Notes under the pieces: model-generated
What the model was told of the DNA's origin: nothing
What the model saw: the letters and a program-made list of their open reading frames with translations, nothing else
Database searches by the model: none
Position numbers and translations under genes: made by a program
Origin: Dendrobates tinctorius
Taxonomy: Eukaryota
DNA: 64,000 bases
Assembly: GCF_039654945.1 (NCBI RefSeq)
Contig: NW_027361788.1
Location: forward strand, 33,852,001 to 33,916,000
Direction of reading: 5' to 3'
Shown: one piece after another, positions 1 to 15,575 of the stretch
Numbering within the stretch: position 1 is the stretch's first letter
Layout: each line of letters opens with the position of its first letter

Positions 1-2695
1 CTCATGTATGGTGGACTTGATCCACCTGGCAAGGGTAGCCTTGGAAGCCGGCAGTCCCTTGCGACTACCTTCTGGAAGAATGAAGAGGGAATCAGACTTC
101 CGGAAAGGTGCAGTCCTGGACACGTAAATCCGCAATGCTCTGACGAGGTCAAGCGTATGCAGAGCCTTCTCCACTCTATGAACCGGAACCGGGCAAAGGG
201 ATGGCAGTGAAATCTCCTCATTGAGGTGAAAGTTGGACACAACCTTCGGAAGGAAGGATGGTACCGTGCGGAGAACCACCTTGTCCTGGTGAAAGGCTAG
301 GAAAGGCCGTCTGCAGGAAAGTGCTGACAATTCCGACACTCTGCGTAACGAGGTGATCGCCGCTAGAAAAACCACTTTCAAAGACAGAATGGAGAGTGGA
401 ACTCCTCTAAGAGGTTCGAAGGGTGAAGCTTGCAATGCTGTCAGGACCAGATTGAGGTCCCACGTATCCAGCGGACGTTTGTAGGGAGGAACCAATCGGG
501 AAACTCCCTGGATGAAAGTCCTTACTTGCGGTTTAATAGCAATACGCTTTTGAAAAAGGACTGAAAGCGCCGACACCTGACTCTTAAGCGAACTTAAGGA
601 TAGCTTGGCATCTAGGCCCGATTGAAGAAAACCTAGTACCTTCGGGAGGTAATAAGGGAGTGGGACTTGTCCATGAGATTCGCACCAAGAAAAGAAAGCT
701 CTCCACCAGGTACGATAATAGATCTTGGTGGAGGCAGGCTTCCTTGCCCTGATCATAGTTGCAATGACTGCCGGTGAAAAACCTGCCTGGGTTAGAATCC
801 AGGTTTCAAGGGCCATGCCGTCAAATTGAGAGCCCCTGAATTCTGGTGGAAGAACGGACCTTGAGACAGAAGGTTGTGACGGTCAGGTAGACGCCAGGGG
901 GCGTCTGCTGTAAGTTGGACGATGTCGGCGTACCATGTACGTCTGGGCCAGTCTGGCGCGATGAGGATGGTCGGAACTCCCTCTTGCTTGATCTTCCTCA
1001 CGACCCTGGCGATTAGGGGGAGGGGTAGAAAAATGTACAGGAGTCGGAACTGGGACCAGTCCTGGACCAGAGCATCCGCTCCGAGCGACCGCGGGTCGTG
1101 TGTCCTGGCCGTGAAATTGGGGACCTTGGTATTGAGATGGGATGCCATTAGGTCCACCTCCGGGGTTCCCCAGCGTTGACAGATCTGGTAAAAAAATCTC
1201 GGGATGGAGAGACCACTCCCCCGAGTCCATTCCTTGCCTGCTGAGGAAGTCGGCTTCCCAGTTTTCTACACCCGGAATGTGTACCGCAGAAAGTACCGAC
1301 CTCGTGTCTTCCGCCCAGCGGAGGATATGAGCCACTTCTCTCATCGCCTGGGCGCTGCGGGTCCCGCCTTGGTGGTTCACGTATGCCACAGCCGTGGCAT
1401 TGTCCGACTGTATCCGTATGTGCGAGGCTGCAAGCGAGTGATGAAAGGCTCTCAGTGCCAAGAGGATGGCCCTGATTTCCAGAATATTGATGGGCAATGT
1501 CACTTCCCTCGGTGACCACTTGCCTTGTGCCCTGTGATGTAGGTGCACCGCCCCCCAGCCTGTCAGGCTTGCATCGGTAGTCAGGATCTTCCATTGTCCT
1601 GAGAGGAATGGCTTCCCTCGTGTAATCGAGGTTGGTTTGAGCCACCAATGCAGGGACCTCCTGGTTGATGACGTCAACCTGAACTCCCTGTCGAGGGAGA
1701 AGGGGTTCCTGTCCCAAAACCTGAGTATGGCTAGTTGAAGGACCCTGAGGTGAAACTGGGCAAATGGCACTGCCTCTATTGCTGCTGCCATCCGGCCTAG
1801 GACTCTCATGGCAATCCGGAGAGATCGAGGAGGACTGCGAAGGAGTGTGCGAACTCCCAGACGGATGGCCAGTGTCTTGTCCTTGGGAAGGAGTACCAGG
1901 CCCCTGGCGGTGTCGAATACCATTCCCAGGAATGTTAGAGTCCGAGTTGGGACAGTCGACGATTTCTGTAGGTTGACTAGCCATCCCAGGCGACTCAGAG
2001 TGTCTAGTGTGATTGAGACACTGACCTCGCAGTCCTTGAAAGTGGGAGACTTGATGAGGAGGTCGTCCAGGTACAGGATGACTAGAATGCCTCTTGAGTG
2101 CAGGGCGTCCATGGTGGCCGCCATGACTTTGGTGAACGTTCTTGGAGCCGTGGCAAGTCCGAACGGAAGGGCGACAAACTGGTAGTGATTTTGGTTGACC
2201 GCGAACCTGAGAAACCTTTGGTGGGCGGGAGCAATTGGTATGTGGAGGTACGCATCCTGTATGTCTATGGAGGCGAGGTATTCTCCCTGGTCCATGGATG
2301 CAATGATGGACCGGAGGGACTCCATGCGGAAATGACGGACCCGTACGTAATTGTTGAGCTGTTTTAGGTCCAGAATGGGTCAGATGCCGCCTCCTTTCTT
2401 GGGGACTACGAACAAATTTGAGTAGAATCCTCGGAATCTCTCGTTCGCGGGAACCGGCACCACAACTCCTGATTGAAGGAGAGAGGAAACCGCTTGGTGG
2501 AATGCACGAGCCTTTTCTGGTGGTGTTGGAGGAATAGAAAGGAAGAACCGGTTCGGTAGAGTTCACTTCCGTTCCATCTTGTATCCGGAAGACACTATTT
2601 CCCTGACCCACCTGTCTTCTGTAATAGGCAGCCAGACTTGCTGAAAGAGTAAAAGTCGGCCGCCTACTGGTGGGGTGTCTTCCGGAGGTCGCGAG
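1..2695 (-). pseudogene. DIRS copy A ORF3: long frame overlapping pol and ending in the tyrosine recombinase domain (domain ~820 to window edge)
   Basis: The ORF track 1148..2611 is in frame with gag and broken by an indel at the A-run near 1190-1197. Positions ~820..1 read MIRARKPAS..LKSQVSALS..LNLVL..LRRVSEL..ARWIKS, homologous to the YR domains of copies B and C. Confidence 0.85.
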
Positions 2696-2700
2696 TCATG
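792..2700 (-). pseudogene. DIRS copy A pol: reverse transcriptase, RNase H and DNA N6-adenine methyltransferase-like domain, disrupted
   Basis: Motifs include VGGRLLLF, FYSNLFVVPKK, IDIQDAYLHIPI, LPFGLATAPR, YLDDLLI, TTDASLTGWG, DLMAS and LIAPDWPRR. There are in-frame stops near 2563 and 2380 and a frameshift near 1195. Confidence 0.92.
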
Positions 2701-4266
2701 ATGAAGCGAAGTTCTGAGGTTTTCCTCCCTTGGGTTTCGCTTGGCCTGCTTTCGACTGCCTAGCCCTGTCCGGTCGCTGCTGCGTCCGTGGGTTGTCCCT
2801 GCGTGGAGAACGGTTACGGTTTTGCACTGGGTGCGAAACGGACCAGCCCGAGGAATTCCGAAAGGATCGGAATCGCGTCTGGTTTCTTCGTTTAAACGTG
2901 CGTTTCGGTTTTAGTTGAGGGAGAGAGGTACTCTTACCCCCAGTGGCATTGGCAATCATGGTGTCCAACTTTTCGCCGAAAAGTCTCCCAGTAAAATACG
3001 GAAGTCGCGTGAGGGACTTCTTTGAGGCCGCATCCGCTTTCCATTCTCGCAGCCAGAGGATGCGTCGGATCGTGATGGCGTTTGATGCTATTCCCGCTAC
3101 ACCTCTGGCGGAATCCAGGGCTGCATGAATCATGTAGTCTGCTACCACTGCTATCTGGACCGCTTGGTCCGAGAGCTCAGGATTTGAAGCCTGAAGACCC
3201 TCCTGTAGTTTTTTGGCCCAAGCCAGGATGGCCTTGGCTGCCCAAACTGAAGCAAACGCAGGGCCCAGAGAGGCGCCTGCCGCTTCGAAAATAGAACGAA
3301 CCATGCGTTCTACTTGCCGGTCTGCTGCGTCCCTGAGGGTTGAGCTATCCGGCAGAGAGAGTAAAGTCTGCGCTGCTAGCCTAGAAACCGGAGGGTCCAC
3401 TTCAGGTGGATCTGTCCATTGTTTGGTGTCTTTCTGTGGGAAGGGGTACTTCGCTTCCAAATATTTGCGATTAGCGAATTTTTTCTCAGGCTGCGCAAAC
3501 TGTTTGGTAAGTATTTTCTCAAACTCATCGTGATTAGGGAAGACCTTAGGTGGTTTCTGAACACTTTCGAAGCAAATCCTATGTTCTGGGACTTCCGGGG
3601 CCGACTCTGGAATTTTTAGCACCCGATGAATGGCAGAAATTATGTCCTCAACTAGCGCTGTATTGCTAGGGGGAGAAGGTACCACGGACCTGACCGTTTC
3701 GTTATCTGAGTCGGAGTCACAGATGCCCTCCGAATCCTGTGCCTCGCTAAGGAGATCCCTGGAGGGCGACCTGGGGCGGGGGTCTTCTGTGGTGGGGGAT
3801 CCCTGTGGTAAATTGCACTGTCTGTCTGTGGCAGGGGACTGCCCAGGAGACCTGGAATGACGCTGTCTCTCCCTGGAGGGGGACGACCTTGTGCTATAGT
3901 GCGACTCAGGTGATCGAGACCTGTGGGTCCGCTTACGTCTGTGAGAGTCGGAAGCAGCATGTTCCTGAGACAAGCTGTCCGTTTGCTGTGTACCGTCCAT
4001 AGCCGGGGCCCGACTCTGCAGAGCTTGCAGCAATGTGGCAGTTAGGTTGTCTATGGACTGTGTCATAGACTGTGACATCTGAGTTGCCCATTCCGGCGTG
4101 GCCTGTGACACTGAAGCGTCAGTAGGGACTCCCTGGGGTTCTGACCCAGAGTTCAGGATGCAGTCCCAGCAGTGCGGATACGTGCTGCCACTAGGGAGCG
4201 TGGCTTTGCAGGCTGTGCAGAATGCATAGAAACATCCTGCCTGGTTCTCTTCCTTGAGCCCGGCAT
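2696..4266 (-). CDS. DIRS copy A ORF1 Gag-like protein (N-terminal CxxC-x12-CxxC, LAP2alpha-like C-terminal domain)
   Basis: 525-codon open frame with CTACKATLPSGSTYPHCWDC and PEVDPPVSRL..DRQVE..RRILWLREWKAD..LFGEKLD. The likely true ATG at 4266 (MPGSRKR) is out of frame with the body, implying a small indel near 4225-4240. Confidence 0.85.
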
Positions 4267-5448
4267 AGTGCACAGAGGCTGGCTATAAGGGATCGTACAG
4301 GGGTGGCTACGCAGAGGGAACCCACAGAGAGCCTTATAGGAAGTATAGATTCACAGCTGAGTATGAGAACCCAGCTGTGAGCTTACCCCTCCGGTGTGCC
4401 CCTAGGTCCAGCGCCGACAGATCCCAGTTCTGTGCCCCCCGGAGACCGCTGTGATGCTCCTCTCCTGGATCTCATCCAGAAAAAATGGCCACCGGGACTC
4501 TGAGGAGAGGGAGGAGGGGGCGGAGAGCTGAAAAGGGCGCGCTGGGCTGTGTAAAAACGCGCCCTTTCTGCCTCAATCCGCCCCTTCTATGACACTCCAG
4601 CGTGTCATTTTGGTCATCCGGGGGGCGGGGAAAAGGCGGTGGCTTCGGCTAGGCCGAAGCCGCGGTCTAAATTAGAAGCCTGATGCCCGGGAGGGCTCCA
4701 GAGCGGGGCGGTAGTCCGGGGGGGGGGGGGGGATTTGTACCAGACCCCCCCAGAATGGTCGACTGGATAGCGGTGGGGGTAGCAGTTTCCATATGGGGGG
4801 CCCCTGAAGCGCTATGGAGCCGCTGCTGTTGCAGAGACAGGGATGCAGAAAAGCCCTGTCTCTGCTGTGCCATCCAGTCCGCACCCTCCCCCGGCCCCAA
4901 CAGGATCCCTCAGCCGGCCTGGGGTCCCTGGAAGCTGCGGAATGCTGCCTGATCTCCGACCCTACCTGAGGCGTCTCAACCTAATGCCCCCTGCGGGGGA
5001 AGAGGGAGGGTGCGTCTGTCACCGTCAGGGGGTCTTCATCCTCACCTCAACCCAGACCCCTTAAAGGGGTTGGGGAGGGAGGGGGGTCTCGACCTCGAAC
5101 CAGGACCCGAAGGACTGGGGAGGGAGCGACATGGGGAATAGCCACCTCGACCTCAACCGGGTACCCCTGATAGGGGACCGAGGAGGGAGCCATGCCGGGA
5201 GTCTCGCTGGAGACCCACTTTTCTTCATCTGTATTTCCGGACGAAAAAAGGAAAAAATGGAAGAAAAAAAAGGTGTGCCTCCTTGCGACACTAAGCAAAA
5301 ACTGGAGAAGGCTGACGCCGTCCAGGGGTGTATACTGCAGAGGAGGAGCCAAAGTTAATCTTTTTCAGATTATGCATAGTGTCGCCTCCTAGTGGACAGC
5401 AGCATAACACCCACGGTTCTGTGTCCCCCAATTAGGCGACAGAGTAAA

Positions 5449-6017
5449 AAAGTCAAAACGCCAAAATTACGCTTCTTTGGTTGCCATGACATTGCATTAA
5501 AATGCAATAATGGGCGATCAAAAGATTGTATCTGCACCAAAATGGTATCCTTAAAAACGTCAGCTCAGCACGCAAAAAATTAGACCTCACCCGACCCGAG
5601 AACATGAAAAATGGAGACACTACGGGTCTCGGAAAATGGCGCTTTTTTTTTTTTTTTTTTTTTTTAAACAAAGTTTGGAATTTTTTTTCACCACTTTGAT
5701 AAAAAAGAACCTAGACATGTTTGGTGTCTATGAACTTGTAATGGCCTGGAGAATCATAATGACAGGTCAGTTTCAGCATTTAGTGAACCTAGCAAAAAAG
5801 CCAGACAAAAAACAAGTGTGGGATTGCATGTTTTTTGCAATTTCACCACACTTAGAATTTTTTTCCCGTTTTCTAGTACACGACATGGTAAAACCAATGG
5901 TGTCGTTCAAAAGTACAACTTGTTCCGCAAAAATAAGCCCTCACATGGCCATATTGAAGAAAAACAAAAAAAGTTATGGCTCTGGGAAGCGAACGGCGAA
6001 AAAAGCTCTGGGGGTTA
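5449..6017. mobile_element. Fragment of a non-autonomous DNA transposon repeat into which DIRS copy A is inserted
   Basis: AT-rich repeat with motifs (CAAAAGTACAACTTGTTCCGCAAAAAATAAGCCCTCAC, AAAAAAGTTATGGCT) resembling fragments at ~7990-8157, 36120-36680 and 57540-57600. Two of those end in AAGGGGTTAA. Confidence 0.55.
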
Positions 6018-7115
6018 GATATGCAAATATCCTCTTCAGAGAAGAGGACAGGAGCTCTAGTGCCACCTACTGGGTGCAGTAATCCTAAAAGTCAATAGCG
6101 ACCCTTTAGCAAGATACTTCTTGGTCAAGGTGGACAACCCCTTTTAATAAGATTACCTGTCTATAGTCACAAGTTTAACTCGGTCTTTTTCTTTTACATA
6201 TCAGACACTGCTACTATTGGATTGTGCTAAAGCATTGCTCTGCATCAGCGATGTAACTACAGTCTGATGGGCACTGGTGCAAAATTTAGACCTGGGCTCC
6301 CAGCTGCATCTTGGTTATATGAATGGCTCCTCGTAGTGTTCTAGATCCTATAAAGACGTGTTCTGCAATCCTTCCCCCAATATAAGATGCCACATCCTGT
6401 AATGTCTCCCATCATGGGCCCCTTCTTGGTATAATAGCCCCAATCATGGGGCCCCTTCCTAGTCTGTCTTCTGTCCTTTTCTCCTTTTTTTTTTTTTTTT
6501 TTTATTTAAAGATTTTTCTTACCTTCCTCTGTTCCCACGACGAGCAGCATCCTCTTCTATAGCCCGTGCAGAAGCCAGTAGCTGACTTGACTGTGTCATT
6601 CAGGGGCAGCACGACTTCAGTGCCATGATCTGCCTGTGAGGGGCACCCCGACGTCGGCTCCTAGCCTCTGCTGGGCAGGGAGCAGGTATTGCAATGCAAC
6701 CGGCGGGTCTCTGTACCAGAATACATTTCAGCAGAATGTGCGTCTTCTTCTGATGCACATCCAAATGAAATTTGGCAGTGTCAGCTAGCCCCCTGCTGCA
6801 TGAGCCCAGTCATATCCTCTGCAACTGTTACACCCCATGCTCTGCATCCCCCACTTCCCTTTATATAACAAAAAAAAAAGTCTAAATGAAACTGGCCATA
6901 TGTTAAAATGCTTTAAGACAAGGGACACTTTTCACAGATAACACTATTACAACATTATACTATTATATAGCGCCCCCAAGAGGCAGCACTAAGTAAAACT
7001 TCACGGTCATAAATTTTCTACGTTGTAGGTAATAAATTAGAGTCTTCAGTTCCTTCTGTAAAGGAACTGGGCCACCTTGTGGAAATACATGAAAGTCGCT
7101 GGCATTGTACGGAGG

Positions 7116-8423
7116 TTAGACCCCCTCACCCTGCTGCGAGGGCCTGCTCGCTCCGTTCTGGTTTAGCTGCTCTTGGAAGTCACGTCGGGCCTGACGATTG
7201 GATTCTAGAAGATCCTGAAGCTGAGCGTGCAGGAGATCATTTTTCTCCTCCAAGTGATCCAAGCAGAAATTAATCTGGTCCAACATGAAGTCCAAGGCGG
7301 CGTAGTCTGAAAAATAAGCAGAAGATGTTAAAAAAACAAAAACAAGCCACCTTGGGTTGAATTGGGATGAAGAATCAAATAGGAATTCGCTTTCCTCCCC
7401 CTTCTCCACTCCCTCGGGGCCAGCACATAGCCTAGGAGCAGTCAGGTGAGAGATGTAAAAGGTCGAGAGACTTTATTTTCCCTGTCTTCACCTTCCTTTT
7501 GTAGTAAAGTTACAACACCCAGAGCTAGTTACCGGCTGTTGTAACTTGATCTAGACAACTGGAGGGCGTGCACTGATGTCCAGGAGTTCCACAAGGGTTA
7601 AGTAACTGAAAGACGCATATAATGCTGTTATTTCCAATGCAATAACAAACTGTAAGCTAACTGAAAAGATTTGGCCCCCTTGAAGTGATATTGTTAACAA
7701 ACGTATGTATTTTTGGCTATAAGTTATTTTCGCAATCGGGTTTCATCACAAATTTTGCACCGTTTGCATTTGATAGCTTGTGTGCTGCACGGTCTATTCC
7801 TGGTTGCAGAATGAGTTAACTGAGAATCCATCAGTAAACTTATTCTCATGGGACTTTTCCTTCTTGTGAGCGCTCAGGTGATTTATGACCATACAGTTCA
7901 TCTCTTCTTTCCTGGTTACCAGAGGTTGTAATGGAATCCTGGGGGGGGGGGGGGCATTTTCTCACCATCTCTTCCCATTCAGGGTTTTTTTAATCTGTTC
8001 TGTATTAAAGTGAATGGTGATATACAAAACTACGCCTCGTCCAGCAAAAATATTACAGCTATGGGGATGGAAATAAGGGGGAGTTCTGTCTTATTGAAGA
8101 CGGGAAGAGGAAAAAAAGAGCACAAAACCAAAGTGTGTCCAGGAGCGAAGGGGTTAAAGACCCCCTAATCCAGGGTCTGTGACCGCCTGGAACCAGGCAC
8201 TGCTGCCCGCATACAGACAGATGGGTGTTTATGGGTAAACAGGACCTGGCCGAGAAGAGATGGCGGCTACCAGTGTTATGTATAGCAGCTATTGCACAAC
8301 TACAAGTCCCAGCAGGAGACGCCCAGCTTGGGGAACAGCGGGTTAATAAGCAGGTACATTCTCACCTTCCTCCGCGGACACTTCGCCCAGAGGAACCTGC
8401 GGATCCCCGTTAGGTCCTGACAT
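7116..8423 (-). CDS. BBLN: Bublin coiled-coil protein (C9orf16 orthologue), 2 coding exons, 82 aa
   Basis: Exon 1 is 8423-8366 (MSGPNGDPQVPLGEVSAEE, donor GTGAG). Exon 2 is 7306-7116 (acceptor TTTTTCAG; DYAALDFMLDQINFCLDHLEEKNDLLHAQLQDLLESNRQAR..*). This matches human MSGPNGD..EYAAINSMLDQINSCLDHLEEKND as recalled. Confidence 0.95.
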
Positions 8424-8574
8424 GATCACCGCCACCTCGTCATGTGACCGCCAGTCATGTGACCATATCCTTATATACCTCTGCCGGCTGTGACAGGCTG
8501 CTGAGTTCTGCGTGCTGATTGGTTCACTTTCTGGCGCTTACTGTGAAGGGGCGGAGTTTTCGTATGTGGGCAAG
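8424..8574. promoter_or_regulatory. Compact bidirectional promoter BBLN/PTGES2
   Basis: 151 bp between divergent ATGs. It contains two GTCATGTGAC E/M-boxes (8439-8448, 8454-8463), ATTGG (8518-8522), a GC box GGGGCGGAG (8548-8556) and a YY1-like CAAGATGGCGGC over the PTGES2 ATG. An ACTACAAGTCCCA motif lies at 8299-8311. Confidence 0.75.
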
Positions 8575-12726
<4,152 letters not shown>

Positions 12727-13219
12727 TGATACCTGAGGACATTATATAGGACATATCAATAGTTTAAGGGCTTCACATCCTTGATCAGAGTCTAAACGTT
12801 TTTTACTCTGCCCCACAAGATTACGGTTAATTGTGAAATCCAGGTAGTGACGGACAAGTGACTGCTGGGGTCGTATTAAAGGGATATCTCCAATTGTGGT
12901 GGCTGTTGGGTGACATGGCTGTTCCTTACCTGCTTTTAAAATTGGGGGTACGTCTCTGCATACAAAGTCATTGTTGCTGCATCTCTGCATCGAAGGTCTC
13001 CAGAGTCAGAGACACGTTTCTTAAAACCAGGCAATCCCTTTAATAGATTCGGAAGCCACGTTTATTCTGATGACATCCTATGCTTGGCACTTGATGGCAG
13101 TGGTGCTTAAAGCATCATAGGTATTTAGGTAACTTTCATTAATGACGTCCTAGATACCATATCCCCAGCCTTAATACAAGTGTCATCATTGCAGTGATTA
13201 TATTACTTCTACAGTATCT

Positions 13220-13419
13220 TTAAAGGGGTTGTCCAGATATCTGAAGGATAGATCATCAGTATCAGATCGGTGGTGGTCCAACACCCAGTATCTCCACAGT
13301 CGGCTGTTACCAGATATGGTAGGTCAGTACATGGAGTAGTGGCCTTTCCTGGGTACTATAGCTTAGCTCCTATCCTAAGCAAAGGTCACCAGTATCTAAG
13401 TCTTGGACAGTCCCTTTAA
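13220..13419. mobile_element. Short T2-type MITE
   Basis: Inverted termini TTAAAGGGGTTGTCCA ... TGGACAGTCCCTTTAA with TTAA at both ends. Confidence 0.65.
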
Positions 13420-15575
13420 GAGTGAAGTAGTGAAACTTTTACTTGTTTCTTTGGTTATTTTAGGATTTTTTTTTTTTATTTATGACTATACAGATTTGCA
13501 CTTATTTTTAAAATGGCTGTAAATTGTAAAGTAAAAGAAGTTAAAGATGTATCTGCTCTCAGTTCAGATCACAGTCTGACTTATGACCCACGGCCCACGG
13601 GCGTCAATGAAACCGGATCAGAGCCATGTTATGAAATATTCTGGATTACTGGACAGCCATAGATGGAAAAAAAAAAAGTATATGCTGTTAATCTGCTACT
13701 AAAAAAAAAATTATTGCAGTTCTTAACCAAGCAAATATTCATTCATGTTACAATTCATACAAAATCTTTTATTGCTGTACGGCCGGGTTGTGGTTCACAC
13801 AGCAAATGTGAATATAAATCATTAAGTTAGCACTTTTCATAAATAATAGAAAAAAAGATATAAAATACAATGCAAACTCAGTAATAAATTATCTCCGGTG
13901 CTTGGGATTTAGCCTGGCTGGGGGCTGTCCAGTCCCTGTACCCCTTAAGGGATTCATTATTAGAGGACGGTCCTGTGTTTGGGATCCCCAGATCCTGACT
14001 GGTGGAGGGGGTCTCACTCTGGAGGACTAGTTCTGTCCTGAATCACACCGATAACCTGTGGACTCGGTGTAGTGCCTCACTTTTCCTGTATTGTCGGGGC
14101 AGGGAAACTAAACGCTTCTTGCTAGATTTGTGCAAAAATTATAGGTGACCAATGAGGTTCTCCATAGAGGATACTGTGATTAGCTCGTTAAGGGATTCTC
14201 CAATGGATGTCCAAAGTGGAGATCCCTTTAAGGACACCTGGTTAGTTTCTTTAAATTCTCAGTGGCTTTTTCTTTATCACTTCATTGGGGACACAGATTA
14301 CCATGGGTGTATGCTGCTGCTGCTAGGAGGCTGACACTATGCAAAAAAGGAAAATTAGATCCTCCCCGGCAGTATACACCCACCAACAGGCACCAAGTAC
14401 CTCAGTTTGTGCTTAGTGTCTGTAGGAGGCGGACCGGGATCTCCCCAGATCCGCAGTTAACAATCCCTTTTTTCCTTTTAGGTTTTTAGTTGTGTGTATT
14501 AATGTTTTCCCATTTATTTTTCAGATTCAGCTTCGGGAAACGGGCTAAATGTTCACCCTGCTTTCCCATATCAGGTGACTGAGCGAGCAATGTGGTGTTG
14601 CCCACATCGCAACTCTCAGGACTGCAGGCAGGACCTTTTCCCTATCACCTTCGGGTGCTACGGGCTGACGACAGGTGGCCGGTCCTTGCCGATTCCCCTC
14701 CTCACCCCTCTCCCGGGACAGGGCTGAGAGGAAGACGGCGGTCATCGGCGGTGACGTTCCCTTCTGATAAAAAGTTTTGGCGCCGTCATCTGCACTACTC
14801 AGACATGGTGCGGGTACAGAGGATCTTCATTCCCAGCGGCCTCCCCTCAACGTGGGCCCCTGTGGTTATCCTCGTCAGGGAAGCATGTGGACGTCAGGTA
14901 AGCGGTCTAATGCTCCCACCAGCCCCATGCTCGCCCCACATGGAAGTCACCGAGGTCTGCGCCGTTGATAGCCGACTTGGACCATTCTCCTTTTTGAAAT
15001 TCCCGACGTTTTTGGCAGGCGCGTGCCTCTCAGCTCTCCGCCCGCAGGGGGGTTCGGCATTGAAGCCGTAGACAGCGGGTCCCCCATCCCCTTACCTCCC
15101 TCATTGCTGTGGCATCACGGGCACCGGGTGCATCTATTCTGGATGAGAGACTACGGGGGTGGAAACCGGCACCACGTTTTTACTTTCACTTTCTTCGCCC
15201 GTTAATGCCCCCTGCCTTGCGCGCGCGCTCTGTTGGCGCCTTTTCTTAGCCCATCACAGAGCTACTTTCTTTTAGTTGCTCCCCTCCTCTCCTCCTTATC
15301 CGCACCCCTCGCATTCTCCAGCCAATCACGCAACACTGCCGTCCAGCACCGCCCATCGCTAAGGTCCTGCGGCTCTCTGGGACCCCGTGTGACGGCACAC
15401 CACGGATCTCAGCTTGGGGGACACATCGGCTGTCTGCTGCGCATAAGATTAGCGAGCTGGACACGGTAGGCTCTTCCCATATTTCTGAGCCCCTAATTAG
15501 CTTTCCTCGGCAGTATTCCCTCACTCCCTGCAGTACTCTCTCACATTTGCTGCTGTAATACTGCAGTCTTCACAT

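Larger units (their letters stand above)
1..5448 (-). mobile_element. DIRS1-type tyrosine-recombinase retrotransposon, copy A (3' part cut by window edge)
   Basis: The minus strand starts TTTACTCTGTCGCCTAATTGGGGGACACAG..TATGCTGCTG..CTAGGAGGCGACACTATGC, homologous to the left ITRs of the other two copies. It is followed by gag, RT (YLDD), RNase H (TTDAS..GWG, IQSDN), a methyltransferase-like domain and a tyrosine recombinase. Confidence 0.95.

Noticed and set aside
7116-7409. Single-exon 97-aa gene
   Set aside because: The 5' part is intron. The true start is exon 1 at 8423, spliced to 7306.
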